Below, piece by piece: positions 10,270 through 22,287 of a stretch of 64,000 nt of DNA. The stretch is from Paraspadella gotoi. Lineage: Eukaryota; Animalia; Chaetognatha. The DNA is taken from contig CM119270.1 in the NCBI GenBank assembly GCA_051294375.1, positions 10,026,984 through 10,090,983 on the forward strand, written 5' to 3'. Positions within the stretch are counted from its first letter, which is position 1; each line of letters begins with the position of its first letter. Both the position numbers and the translations under genes were made by a program. The notes under the pieces were generated by a model. It had not been told where the DNA came from and ran no database searches. It was given only the letters and a program-made list of their open reading frames with translations.

Positions 10270-10736
10270 TGTGGCGAGGCTCCAGGGTCGCGAGAAGCGT
10301 GACAAGAGTCTTGACACGTTAGTGACAGAGCACTAATGACATGACGATGATGACTTTATCGAGAGGCGGCATGTAAAGCAGGGAAAGCATGTCACGTGAT
10401 TAAGAAGCACTTGTTTATCAATTGATTTGTTTCATGAGATAAAAGTAGTTGATTCGATTCGGTTTTTAATTAAAACAGTTTCTCACTTTAATAATGTAGT
10501 CAGTTACATTTAGAGAAGAATTAAAACCATTGTCTTCATGATTGATCAAGAATGTTTTATTTCAGAGTGAATACAAGAAGTGAATAAAAACAGGAATAAG
10601 ACGTTCTCAGGTAACAATCATAATAAAGGCAGTTTGAATTATTACAGAGCCATCTGTTATGTGAGGAAAGAATCAAACGGTTTTAACTGAAAACAAAAGG
10701 TCTTCGAATCTGATTTAATACGCTCAGGTGGCCACA
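10270..10736 (-). repeat. 5' LTR of the Gypsy element
   Basis: Direct repeat of 4487-4950, differing mostly by 1-nt indels. Confidence 0.95.
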
Positions 10737-10902
10737 ATCTTCACTTATCTATCCTAACAACTTATTTTTCCCTTTCACATTTCATTCTTAATAATTAACT
10801 AAATTATTAATTTCTTTTTGTTTTTACTAGTTTAGTATTAAGTTTTTCCATTTATTATTCTGTTGTACATTGTAAATGTAATTATTTTCTCTGCCTCTGT
10901 TG

Positions 10903-10942
<40 letters not shown>

Positions 10943-11041
10943 TTTCAAGTTTCAACCAACCTTATCTTCTTCCCTGCCCTTACTTTCACCTGTCCTCACA
11001 TCTGACCACTGTCCTTTCTAAATTCTTTGTTGGAATCTCCT

Positions 11042-11073
<32 letters not shown>

Positions 11074-11115
11074 AAAGCTAATGTTAAAGAGAGAAAATTG
11101 TTGATTGTTAAAAAT

Positions 11116-11155
11116 CGCTGAAGAAGACTCTTAATAAAGAGTTGAAACTTGTCCG
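11116..11155 (+). ncRNA. Minimal type-I hammerhead ribozyme in the PLE pseudo-LTR
   Basis: cg-CTGAAGA-A-GACTCT-taataa-AGAGTT-GAAAC-TT-GTC-cg: CUGANGA core, stem II, GAAA and GUC cleavage triplet. Confidence 0.8.
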
Positions 11156-12803
11156 ACTTATATCCAATAATAAATCGTTGTTGACCTTAAAAACTGTTTT
11201 TCCTAATTTACAAACACAACGAAAAGAAAGAATCATAACAATGTTTCTTTCCTAAATTAATATAATATCACACTTTAGATAAAAAGAAAAAAATAGTTTT
11301 TATATTGTTGTAAGAATAATTAATTTTAATTAGAGAGTGATGGACATAACCCGTCCGGACTTCGTATTTGGGGGGTTGCAATTGATGCAGAAAATATCAC
11401 CACATCTTCATTCAAAATGGGCAGGGGATCTAGAAACTTTGCTTCCAGTCTATAGCAAATTCCTCACCCTGGTAGGAGCAAGTAATTTGGAGGTGCGCGA
11501 ATGGAACGCACACCAAGAGATGGTGAAGTTGGGGGAACACGTGTTGAAAAGAATAAAGAGAGGAGAGTGAGGAACCAGATTGGGATGCGGTATATAATTT
11601 ATTTATTAGTTAAGTATTTTATTATTATTGTTTTTCGGTAATGGTTTAAATAATTGATTTGAGTTGATTGGAGATATTTTATTGTTTCATTGATTAAATG
11701 TAGCAGCATTGGATTAGGGCGCTTTGATTTTGAATTATATAATTTTATTATCTTGAATTATTTTTGGTTTTAGTTATGGTAATATTATTATTTTGATTAT
11801 TAAAAATAATAATATTAGATTGAAATATTTTAATTTTAAAATTATTAGTCAGATTAAGAGATATATTAGATAAAAGTATCATTTTGTATTAATACTTTGT
11901 GATGGTTGTTACTAATGTTACCTGATTACATCTCTATTATATAAATAAAAGAATATAAGCTATAATATAGACTGACCGACCATCTAACCAACCAAAAAAT
12001 AAAATATAATCAGTACAGATTAATTTGAAGATATTCTACAGCTTTCAAAATAGCGAACCTAATTTTTGAGAAATTGTAACAAGCGATTATAAAGCATATG
12101 TTACGCTTAAAAGTTCTATAATTTTTACGACAGGTCGGTTTTTTCCTATTTTGGGTAAGTACTTCAAATCAGCCGTCACGAGTGAGTTAGAAATGAGATC
12201 CCCCTAAAATATCCTAATTTGGGGTCTTACCTGTAAGTAAACCAACCGGCATGCCTTGTCCCAAAACTGAAGTCTACATTTTTATTTTCTCTGGAGTACT
12301 CCTGAGCAAAGATATAAAATGAGTGACTCTGAAGCATCAGAAAGAACCTTGTAATACTTATGTCCCTTAAACTCCATTTATACCTTAAATTCTGTGTTCT
12401 TCAACACTTTTATTTAACTGAATAATTCTTATTTTGATATTATTTTTTGAAACCAAACAATTGGTAAATTCTTCATCAAAACCATAGAAAAAGAATTTCT
12501 GCTGAAATAAGAAAAGGTGAGTTGAGATTTGAAAACTAAAGCTAGTGCAGTACAGCAGATCCCGACTTTATATTCCATTTTATCGGTCCGTCGGTCCGCC
12601 CCCTCAATATTGTCGGGCACTAACTGATATCATGTCAGAACATCGAATTATGATAAATTTATACAAAAAAAATGATGTCTTCCTGTCCGTCCGTCCGTCC
12701 GTCCCACCTTAGCAAAAAAAACCAAATACTCGTGATTGGATGGATGGATTGGAATGTAAAATTTTGTGTGTGGTAGGGAAGTGTTGTGATTGAGCTGTAA
12801 TAT

Positions 12804-13126
12804 TAAGGACTAAGTTCGACAAAAAAAGTCAGAGGTTTTTTTTATGTATTTCTTATACGGTTAATGTAGAATGATGGCATATTGCTATTGTTAAGTTTCA
12901 AAAAATCCGACCATAATATAGAAAATAAAAACCAAAAATCTTCACAAAAATCCACCCCCTTTAGGAGTCTATTTTCCGAAGATTTGGTCAATATTTTTAT
13001 ATTTATGGTCGGATTTTTTAAAAATTTAACAATAGCAATATTGGCCATCATTAATACAATTAAAGCCAGGTATAAGAATACATTAAAAAAACCTCTGGCT
13101 TTTTTCGTCAGATTTTTTAGTCCTAC
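12804..13126. mobile_element. Fold-back (palindromic) MITE, ~320 bp
   Basis: The arms are inverted along their length: AGGACTAA/TTAGTCCT, CAGAGGTTTTTTT/AAAAAAACCTCTG, ATATTGCTATTGTTAA/TTAACAATAGCAATAT, AAAAATCCGACCATAA/TTATGGTCGGATTTTT. Confidence 0.7.
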
Positions 13127-13282
13127 ACCCCTTCTTTGGAAGATTTTGCATTGAAGATTTTTCCTGAATCTGACTCCCGTTAAAAAACTCTTAAAATTCT
13201 GATTGTTTAGCTCGTCTTTTACTTTTACTTTAAATAAAAAATTTCACCAAAATGGACTAATTCACTTTACCCATGATCGTAT

Positions 13283-13543
13283 TGTGGAAGACCACGACAA
13301 TAGAGAGTAGGGAGACATTTATTATGTATGAGGTAAACATTGAAGAGACATAACATAGTGAATATGTTGAAACATAGGCAATAACATGTGTACAGTTCGA
13401 GGTTGAAACGGTTGTGTCTCTCGTGGCTACGGCCACGACGGAAGAAACCTGTTGAAGCCCGGGACGATGAGACCAATGACCGGAGGTCTAAGGTCATGTG
13501 GTCGTGAGGAAAAGAGAGAGAGAGTCGAGGTAACTCGGCCTCA
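13283..13543 (-). mobile_element. Solo LTR (261 bp) with 4-bp TSD GTAT
   Basis: TG...CA ends, GTAT at 13279-13282 and 13544-13547, and AATAAA near the 3' end on the minus strand; ends resemble the solo LTR at 33588-33866. Confidence 0.75.
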
Positions 13544-13655
13544 GTATCATATTAAAATAACTAATAAAAATGTAAGAACATTTGAGAGCCCTTCAGAAAT
13601 TATGGCTATCAGATTTATGAATTTGAAGTTATTGTAAAAATCACAACATATGTAA

Positions 13656-15009
13656 GGCCTGGGATCACTGGCCAAAAGTTATAATTAGGATTAAATAAAG
13701 CTTGTATTCAAAAGTAGAGGTCCAGTTGATTCTGAAAATGTATTCACTTTATCTTCTCTTCGAATCCATTCCTTTTTTTTTGAATTTTATAATACTATAT
13801 AAAATAAAAGAAACTTTCGGAAGAGTTGCGGCCCAAACGGCTAAAGGGATTTTCATGAAAATTTTACATAAATTTACTTGAGCACAAGGGTCCCAATTCT
13901 ATGAGAGGGATTTTTCAAATTCACTTATCTTCATAAGAAAAAAAAAGATAAGAAAATTTGGCATTAAATTCTAAATATCTTGAAAATAGTAACATTTTCC
14001 AAATCCCTCTCATAGATTCTCCACCTTTCCATACTTAAAAAAAAATAATTTTAGTTTATTTTTATTTCAACGGTTTTAGCTCCAACTCTTTTTGTTTATT
14101 TTTATTTTTTTTTTTTTTTTTTTTATTTTTTATTTTTTTCTGCATAGGATTTACCAGAACTGAAAGTCCTTGAGCAGAAGAACGTTTTAAAAATCTGTTA
14201 CAACTTTCCGAAATCTATTTCATTTCTAGTCTTAAATTGATTGGGCTTACCAATCTTTAAGTGTCTTAATCCAAATTTTGTAACAATTTTTTTTTATTAA
14301 ATTCAACAAATGGCTGTACTCCTGGCTGGCGGGTGGAAGAGCACAATGCAGCTAAGATAGGAGAGGAATGCTGCAAAGTGTTTATTTATTTTTTTTCTCA
14401 GCTTATTGTTTGAACCAGTTTTGAAAAAACCTGGGGAACAGAAACCTAAATCTGCAAAAGCAGAGACATGAGGCTACGGGCCGTCCGTCTGTGGAATTCC
14501 TGTGGCAGTCTATATGGCACCATTGAGGCGTTTGTTATCAAGTGGAACCCAACTTCAGATGCCAGGGCGATATGTCTGTTTGAATTTTACAATTTTAAAA
14601 TTTTAATCATTCTTTTTTGTAATATTAATTAAAATGATAAAATATCCTTATATAAAGCGTTCCCTGCTCTCTCTCTACATACGTATTTCAATTAATTGAT
14701 TCTATGAACATAATTGGAATTACTTGGTTTTAGTTGTTAGTATTACACTGAGGTAGGTGCTGTAGATGAAAAAAAAAAATAAAATTTGCGTTTATAAAAA
14801 TGACTTTACCGTGTTGGAATGAAATTTTTAAGGTTACCTGATAAAAAAATTGCCTACCGATTTTTAGTTCTGCCTCTTGAAGCTGAACCTTAATCAAATT
14901 TATGAGTTTTTTTTTTTTTTTGAAACAGTGAAGGGAATACACTTCTCTTTACATAATATAAATTGTACAAGCTTTTATGCCAATTCTTGTTTGAGCATGA
15001 TCCCAGGCC
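13656..15009. mobile_element. Non-autonomous TIR DNA transposon, Kolobok-like
   Basis: TIRs GGCCTGGGATCA...TGATCCCAGGCC flanked by GTAA and TTAA; internal inverted pair CTATGAGAGGGATTT (~13900) / AAATCCCTCTCATAG (~14001). A TTAA target with purine-purine termini fits Kolobok. Confidence 0.6.
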
Positions 15010-15899
15010 TTAAATGCGTTTACATTGCATTGAAGTGGAGAAATCCCTTTATTTTATATATAAAAATTGCATCGAAAATATTTTCCCGAGCGGACCAGTC
15101 CATTTGAATCTGATGGTTTGATGCCAAAATGATGTTATTTGTCAAGAGGAAAAAAATGCGAGCTCTTGAGATGCAACAGGATCTAAATCGAGTGTTTTTA
15201 TATCTATTTTTTACCTGAATTTTTCCCAGGGGCGTTTACATTGTTTGGTCGTCAGATTTTAATGAAAATCTCTATTGAAAAAGTCTTCTCGATTTCTAAG
15301 AACGATGTAGACTCCTATTAGAGATGCGCATCGTTCAAATCATAGCTCCGATCAAGATTCCTTTATATTTCACTTCTATTCAAAACTGCATAGTCAAGGC
15401 AAAAAAAATTATGTCAATATTGGCAGATTTCGAAAGCTTGGCGTCTTGGGAAGCCAATGGAGGTAGAGCGCGATCGAAATTCCCATTTTATCATGCCCAA
15501 AATGGTATTTAAATGGATTGGTCAGGCCGTTTTTCCCCTATTCCAAGAAAACCTCCTGGCTCTTGAGAAAAAAGATTAAATCATACATATCAGTACAGTT
15601 TCCGAAACCTTATTGTCTTCTCTACATGATGAAAAAAAGCAAAATTAAAATTCTTGCAATCTTAATTGCCTGATAAAGCAATCAAATGAACTGGTTTTTT
15701 AGGTGAAAACTGCATAGTCAAGCCTTCATTTTTTTCAATTTTGAACACTATTGACAGAAACTGTATTGATTTTACTATTCAATCAGGTAGAGCGCGGGCT
15801 TAATTCAAAAGCATTTTCTCAATATAATGCAAAATTTAAAAAAAGTCCAAAAAACTATTAAAAACAGAAATCGTCGCACAGTGTTGCTTGTGAGTCCCA

Positions 15900-16500
15900 A
15901 ATGCTAAAAAAAATAATTTTAATTTTTTATATTTTTTATATAATTTATAAAAATATTATATAAATATAATTATAGTATTAAGAATGAAATTTTTATTCAA
16001 TCCGACAAAGGTAGTATTATATATTAAAAAGTATATATGTATTAAAAATTATATTTTATAATTTTTTTAAACTGTGATAATTTTTGTTATTATGATATAA
16101 TTAAAATATAAGATTAAAATAAAATTTTAATTTTAATAAAATATAATAATCATATTAATATAATAAATTAAAATAATTTTTATTTTTTTTATTTTAATAA
16201 TAATAATAATAATAATAAAATAATAATAATAATAAATAAATAAATAAAAAAATATATTGGTTGTACCAATTTCATATAAATATTTTATTTTATTTTTTTT
16301 AATTATAATTATTTTCATTTTAATATTATTATTATTATTATTTTATTATTATTATACAATCTGATAATATATATTTTATTATAATAATTTTTATTTTATT
16401 TATTTAAAGATTATACAAATTTACTTTTAAATTATTTTAATATGCAAATTAAATTTTAAAAAAATTATTTTTAAAATTAATATATAAAAAAAATTATTTT
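15900..16500. repeat. Extreme AT-rich low-complexity tract
   Basis: Almost only A/T with (AAT)n runs; possibly low-quality gap-fill sequence. Confidence 0.8.
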
Positions 16501-17479
16501 TAACTAAGCGGGTTTTTCTGAAAAATTCAGGGCCGCAGGATCTCACGTGCGCACGGTTCTAAAGCTTATACTACGCGTAGTACTAATCTTTGTTTGGATC
16601 AAACGAGCTCGATTTTAAAGGAAAGATGATCGGTTTGAAGAGTGATTTTTGCGATTGCTTTTTGGCGATTACTTTTGAACGGATTGCAATTGTCTATCGA
16701 ACGCTAAAAATTTGATATAAAACAATGAGTTGTTTAGAAACGATGCTCATCCCCACTCCTATGTATATGAAGATTTTCGATGAAATCGTCCGAGTGGAAA
16801 TGAGTTTAAATGGAAAAAATAAAAAAATAAATTTTACTATTTGAAAACACCAATTACTAAAGAGTGGAATGAGGCGATTGACTTGAAATTTTGTAATTTG
16901 CCTAGGAAAGTGTGTGATTGAAGCTTGGAAATCCAAGTTTCGATGGAATCGTTTGAGTGGAAATGTAGTTTAAAATGGAAAAAACAAAAAACCTGTTTCC
17001 TAATTTATTAATGCTTTTTATTTCCTTTTTATTATAACTGTAATATGAAAGGATTGATTTAATAAAATGCAAATAAATAATCAGCTTAATTAATCTAATT
17101 AGTACAATTAAATTAATCAATTTAATTTAATAAAATTAGTCAATGCAAGTCCGTCCAATCGTCGGTCACCATCTTTAGCAAAAAGCTCCAATTAACATCG
17201 TGATTGTGTTCTTTTGTTGTTGAGATTGGAGAGTGAAATATTTGTGTGTGGGTAGAGATACCAATGTGAGATGAAGCTGGATATATTCGTATGTTTCGAT
17301 GGAATTGGTGTCTGTGGAAATGAGTTTAAATGGAAAAAAGACATAAATTCACTATTATTCTTGAAATCTTTTTTTATTTATGATTTTATGCTAAATACAA
17401 TGTTTTACGATTAATTAGCTTAATTAATTTGTAAAAAACTTGAATACAATTAAAAAAAACTCTTTAAATGCAATGATTG

Positions 17480-18020
17480 AATAAAATTATGCAATTTAAA
17501 AAAGGATTATATTAGAGAGAATGCAAGCTCGAAAAATATTTATGCAGTTTAGAGAATATAAATAAAAAATTATGCAAGTTTGACAAAAATTTCTTATGCA
17601 AGTTGAAAAAATTATGCAAGTTGAAAAAAATTAAGTTGCAAAAAAGCAATTGAAAAAATTATGGCCAAGATTTAAAGAAAAATTATGCAAGTTAAAAAAA
17701 ATGATCGCGAATTATAAAAATGATGGTAAACTATGATCAAAATGAGTAGTTGATAAAATTATGTGCGTGGAAAAAATGATCGCGAGTTAAAAAAAAATGA
17801 TGCGAATTGTAAAAAATGATTGAAGAATTATGATGTATTTATTATTGATTTAAAAAGATGATGCACGAAATTGTAAATTGTATTTTGTTAAAAATTATTA
17901 ATTATTATAATATATGAGATTGAAAAATGAATGAGTTGGAAAAATTATGTTGCGTGACAAAAATTATACAAGTTTAAAAAATGCACTGTGGTAAATGTGC
18001 AAGTTAAAAAAATGATGCAA
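17480..18020. repeat. Degenerate ~17-bp minisatellite (AAAAAATTATGCAAGTT)
   Basis: Repeated AAAAAA(T/TG)ATGCAAGTT variants. Confidence 0.7.
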
Positions 18021-18893
18021 GCTCTAACTAAGGTCGGGTAAGTCTGACTGAAATCTAGGTAAGTAAAGACGGGGGAAAATGGTGGGAAAGGAAAATATAA
18101 TGTAAAGCGGCTAAAATTGGCGGTAAAAAAAAATGGTAACAGAGACTGAACGGGAGAGGGACGGTGAGAGAGAAAGAGAGGAAAAAGCGTGAATGAAAAA
18201 CCTAAACCCTGGACTCGAGCCTGGATCTCCGGAGGAGGGGGAGGAGGATGAGGAGAAATGATGAGGAAACGGTGCATGATGGCGAAACCTATCGGTTCTT
18301 TCTGTGCCCTTCTCTTTGGCCGAGATGGCGTATCAGGCCTGAATGGCGTGAGACGTCATCGTGGTGGTGCGTGGTGAGTGTACTTAACCGTGCTGAGAGC
18401 GTGCATGTCGGAGAGAGAGAGAGAGAGAGAGGAGAGAGAGGGTGGGGGGGACAATCAATCGAGGGGGGGAATAGACAAATACAAATACGAAATCATGGAG
18501 GAGGGAAAAAAAAAAAGGGTGGATGTAAATGAACAGTGAGGGTTACGTAAACAAATACAAGGGAGAAATGTGGATTCAAACGAAATGTATCATGACGAAC
18601 TCCAAAAAAAAATAAATCAGGTACAATAAATCACAATTAATACTCAATATAATCGGTGATGATCAGGTGATGATTTGGCAGATGATCAGAGTCAAAGTTT
18701 TTAGAAAATATATGGATGATAAGCGAAGATGAAGAGAACTAGAAGCGGTGAGTGTTAGTACGGGTGGGCGTTACTTTTTTTTCTTTTGTATTTTTTTGCG
18801 AGACGTAGAAACGTTCTCATTTTCTTTTCTGACGCTACGGATTAAGTCGACGTTGCTTGGCGCGTCCCGTGCATCACGCACCCATGAGTTCAT

Positions 18894-19839
18894 TCAACGT
18901 CGATGATGGGCGAGCGCAACGACGCCGCGTCCAACTTCTCGTGGAGGCTCTTCGATGGCCAGGGCCGCTCTGGGGACCCTGCGCTGGCTAATGGACTGCA
19001 GGGCTGCCTCCACTTCTTCCAGTCTGTTGAGTATTGAGTTGAGTGACTCAATGTTATTTCCTACGATTTCTTCTAGGTCACGGGCGTGAGGGGGAGGGGG
19101 TGAGTGGAAGCTGGGTCTTCATAGCATGGTGGGGTTTTGTTGAGCTTTGCTTCCTTAGATATTCTCATAATCCACAAGGATTTTAAAAACTGAGAAACCA
19201 GTGCTAGGCACTTAATTGGTGTAATGCCTCGGTACAGGGCTAGGGCTACTATAATGGAAGCAATTGTGGTGTAAGCCGCAAGATATGCGATTGTAAGTTT
19301 TGGCCACAAATATCTAATTTGTAGGGTCAGGCCATGAAGGAGTGATCGCTTTCAAAATTCTTCCATCTCAATAAGCTTTTGCACTGATTCTGAGTTAAAG
19401 AGACCGGTGACGTCATCCTCAAAGTCACCAACGAAAAGGCCCTTGTCATCACACGAAGCGTGTGACTCATGAGAGTTCCTATTTCAATTGTTTCTGCCGC
19501 TTTTCTAATGCGGTCGTGGTCCCTATTTTGTTTTTCTTTACAGTCTATCTTGGGGCTCATCGTAATGAGAATGGAAGTTGAATTATCTAGATATTTTATT
19601 TCCCTATTCGGTAGCATCACTGGTTGTAGGGAGTGACAATCATTTGTCTCTGTTATTGGGTCTACCCATGTTGCATGGCAACGGATTAACATGGCAGTGT
19701 CGCCAACTACAACTGCCACTAGCCCTCTTCAGCTTTTGCTTCTAGTTCATTAAGGGATACGTGTCCATAGCGGGAAAGCAGGACATAGAGCCAATCTCCT
19801 TGCCAAATGGTCTGAAGCTATATGATAGTGCTTCAAACT
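18894..19839 (-). pseudogene. Frameshifted C-terminal half of an envelope glycoprotein, gB-like/chuvirus-type (class III fusogen); 5' part lost in the N gap
   Basis: Reconstructed across frameshifts: EEG-VAVVVGDTAMLIRCHATWVDPITETNDCHSLQPVMLPNREIKYLDNSTSILITMSPKIDC; DDKGLFVGDFEDDVTGLFNSESVQKLIEMEEF; hydrophobic LTIAYLAAYTTIASIIVALALY; tail PPCYED...DLEEIVGNNIESLNSILNRLEEVEAALQS...HHRR*. Family call is from recalled Cys/motif spacing, not a search. Confidence 0.65.
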
Positions 19840-19939
19840 NNNNNNNNNNNNNNNNNNNNNNNNNNNNNNNNNNNNNNNNNNNNNNNNNNNNNNNNNNNNN
19901 NNNNNNNNNNNNNNNNNNNNNNNNNNNNNNNNNNNNNNN

Positions 19940-20010
19940 CGTTGTTGACCTTTAAAAACTGTTTTTCCTAATTTATAAAAACAACGAAAAGAAAGAATCA
20001 TAACAAAGTT
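19940..20010 (+). repeat. 3' tail of another copy of the PLE pseudo-LTR, cut by the gap
   Basis: Near-identical to 11176-11245 (CGTTGTTGACC..AAAAACTGTTTTTCCTAATTTA..ACAACGAAAAGAAAGAATCATAACAA). Confidence 0.7.
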
Positions 20011-20124
20011 CGTTTTATCAAAATATTTTTTACCAAAAATGGAAATTCCCTTTAGTCCTTATCTCACTCAAAATCTCAAATCTACAATCAATTTTTTCCC
20101 TTTTTACTCTGCTTTTCCATATTT

Positions 20125-20156
<32 letters not shown>

Positions 20157-20686
20157 TTTTTTTTGCACGAAAAACCCGAGAATTTAGGTCTTTCGCGCCG
20201 ACGATGACGGCGTCGACGACGGCGACGACGACGGCGAAGACGACGATGACGGTGAGACGATGATGAAAGCGATGAAAATAAAATCGACATAGAACACAAA
20301 AAACGAAGAATAACAAAAAAAGAACTACAAAAACTAGTAGTATTAGTAGTTTTAGTACCCATATAATAATCCTGACGACAATAATTGCGACAAAGAGCGA
20401 GTTTTAAGTTTAGAAGACAACAAAATGTCTCTGTCTAACTTTCGACTGACAAAGCAATGACACGACCCCGAAAGCTACCAAACCAATGACAATGACGCCG
20501 ACGACGATGACGACGACTCTAACGTCATGAAAGATGACACGGACAAAAAACGACTCCGACGATGATGCTTCAAGTGGACCGCAAGATCGAGACACGCGAT
20601 GGCGGGACGGGGGTCCCCCCGGTCCCCGGGCGAGAGAGAGGGGAAGAGTAGGTGGATGTGTTTCAACCAGGCGTAGGCCATATTTT

Positions 20687-20742
<56 letters not shown>

Positions 20743-20938
20743 AATCGTCCTCTTTGGTTTTTCTTAATTTTAGATTGATTTTTTTTCTCCCTCCCATTTA
20801 TTTTGCCCTGAGCCCTGACTGTCTTTTTACTTCATCCGTTCCTTTAGCCCCACCCGTCGCTCCGCTTGTTTACTTCCACCTTCTCTATCTTTTAAAAAAG
20901 TTGCCTTTGCATTATTTCGGACCCGTTGCGAACGAAAG

Positions 20939-21061
<123 letters not shown>

Positions 21062-21289
21062 GTTGCTAGCCGGAATAGCATCGAATCGCAGGTTGAGCCG
21101 GATGCGGCGTCCGTCATCTTCCATGCGCATGCGCGGGTTTATTAGTCGGTAGAGAAGGATATTACAGATGTAAATCCGACGGGCGAAAAATAAAAAAGGG
21201 GGAAAAATAAAGAGAGAGAAGAACTCAAAAAAATAGAAAGAACAAAAATCATTATTAAATAGCACAAGAAAAAACGAGAAAGAATAGAA

Positions 21290-22256
21290 AAAAATCTTAA
21301 AAGTATAAGGATCTCAACAGACCTTACTATCAAAGAAAATTAATGAAAAATCGATATGAAACAAAGAAAATGGACACACATTTCAACTTCCTCACTGCCT
21401 CACTAATGGAACTTGATAACTAGATACATTGTTTGGTAGTTAAACCATAAACCGAAAAAAAAAGATAGAAATTGTTTTTTTATTTTTGAGATGATTCATT
21501 GATGAGATGATAACCATAGTAATTGATTAATTGATTGATGTAATAGTAAATTGATTGATTTATTGTAATAGTAATTGATTGATTGATGTAATAGTAATTT
21601 ATTGATGCGATGATAACCAAATGATTGATGCAATGATAGTCATTCATTGACGCGATGAGTCATTCATCGTAAATAAAACAAACGCGTGTATGGGAGAAGA
21701 GAGAGAGAGAGAGAGAAAGAGAGTGTGTGTGTGTGTGTACGAACTTTGTTTCCAAACATAAAACATATTCTGACTAAATCTCAGAGCCGTAAAAGAAATC
21801 CACGAAAAACTCGGATATAAATTTGGGATTTTGTATTGAGAAAAAAGCGCGGAATAAATGGCGATAATAAAAGTTTTTAGAAGAAGAAAAATAATCAGAA
21901 TTTTTCGAAAAACGCACGATCACGCAAGAGATCGGACAGAGAGAGAGACAGAGAGGAAGGACAGAGAGAGAGACAGAGAGAGACAGAGAAAGCTGGACAA
22001 TCGCTGGACAGCCGCTTCAGAGCTGAACTCGTTTTTAGACGAATCTGAATAGGGTCCAACTCCTTTCCTTTCTATAAATAAATATTAAAAAATAAATATT
22101 TGGGTATAGAGACAAATAAGAAATTTTTTTTACATTGAAAGTATAATTAAAAATGTATAAATTTTTATTTGAGCATGCTCTAATACTAAATTTTTGACTC
22201 ACCCCTTTGAGAGGGGCTACCCCTATTCAGAATAAAAAATAATCAGAGAGAGAGAG

Positions 22257-22287
<31 letters not shown>

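Larger units (their letters stand above)
4487..10736 (-). mobile_element. Full-length Ty3/Gypsy LTR retrotransposon, CsRn1-like clade
   Basis: Two near-identical ~465-bp LTRs ending TGTGGC...GCCACA, a PBS, a PPT, gag, and pol in PR-RT-RH-IN order. Gag has a C-x2-H-x9-C-x3-C (CHCC) box, characteristic of CsRn1/Kabuki/Boudicca. Flanks CATC (left) and ATC (right) fit a 3-4 bp TSD. Confidence 0.95.
3355..11250 (+). mobile_element. 5'-truncated Penelope-like retroelement (linker + GIY-YIG + 3' pseudo-LTR with hammerhead ribozyme), split at 4487-10736 by a Gypsy insertion
   Basis: Sequence 4441-4486 joined to 10737 onward is colinear with the uninterrupted PLE 3' region at ~29150-29760 (minus) and 51110-51660. 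A GIY-YIG ORF lies upstream and a hammerhead core lies at 11116-11155. Outer boundaries are approximate. Confidence 0.85.

Noticed and set aside
5800-10317. Short plus-strand and alternative-frame ORFs overlapping gag/pol
   Set aside because: Shadow ORFs of GC-rich coding sequence with no independent motifs.
15870-15883. CACAGTG (RSS heptamer / Transib-like terminus)
   Set aside because: No convincing partner end, nonamer or TSD found; a single 7-mer is expected by chance.
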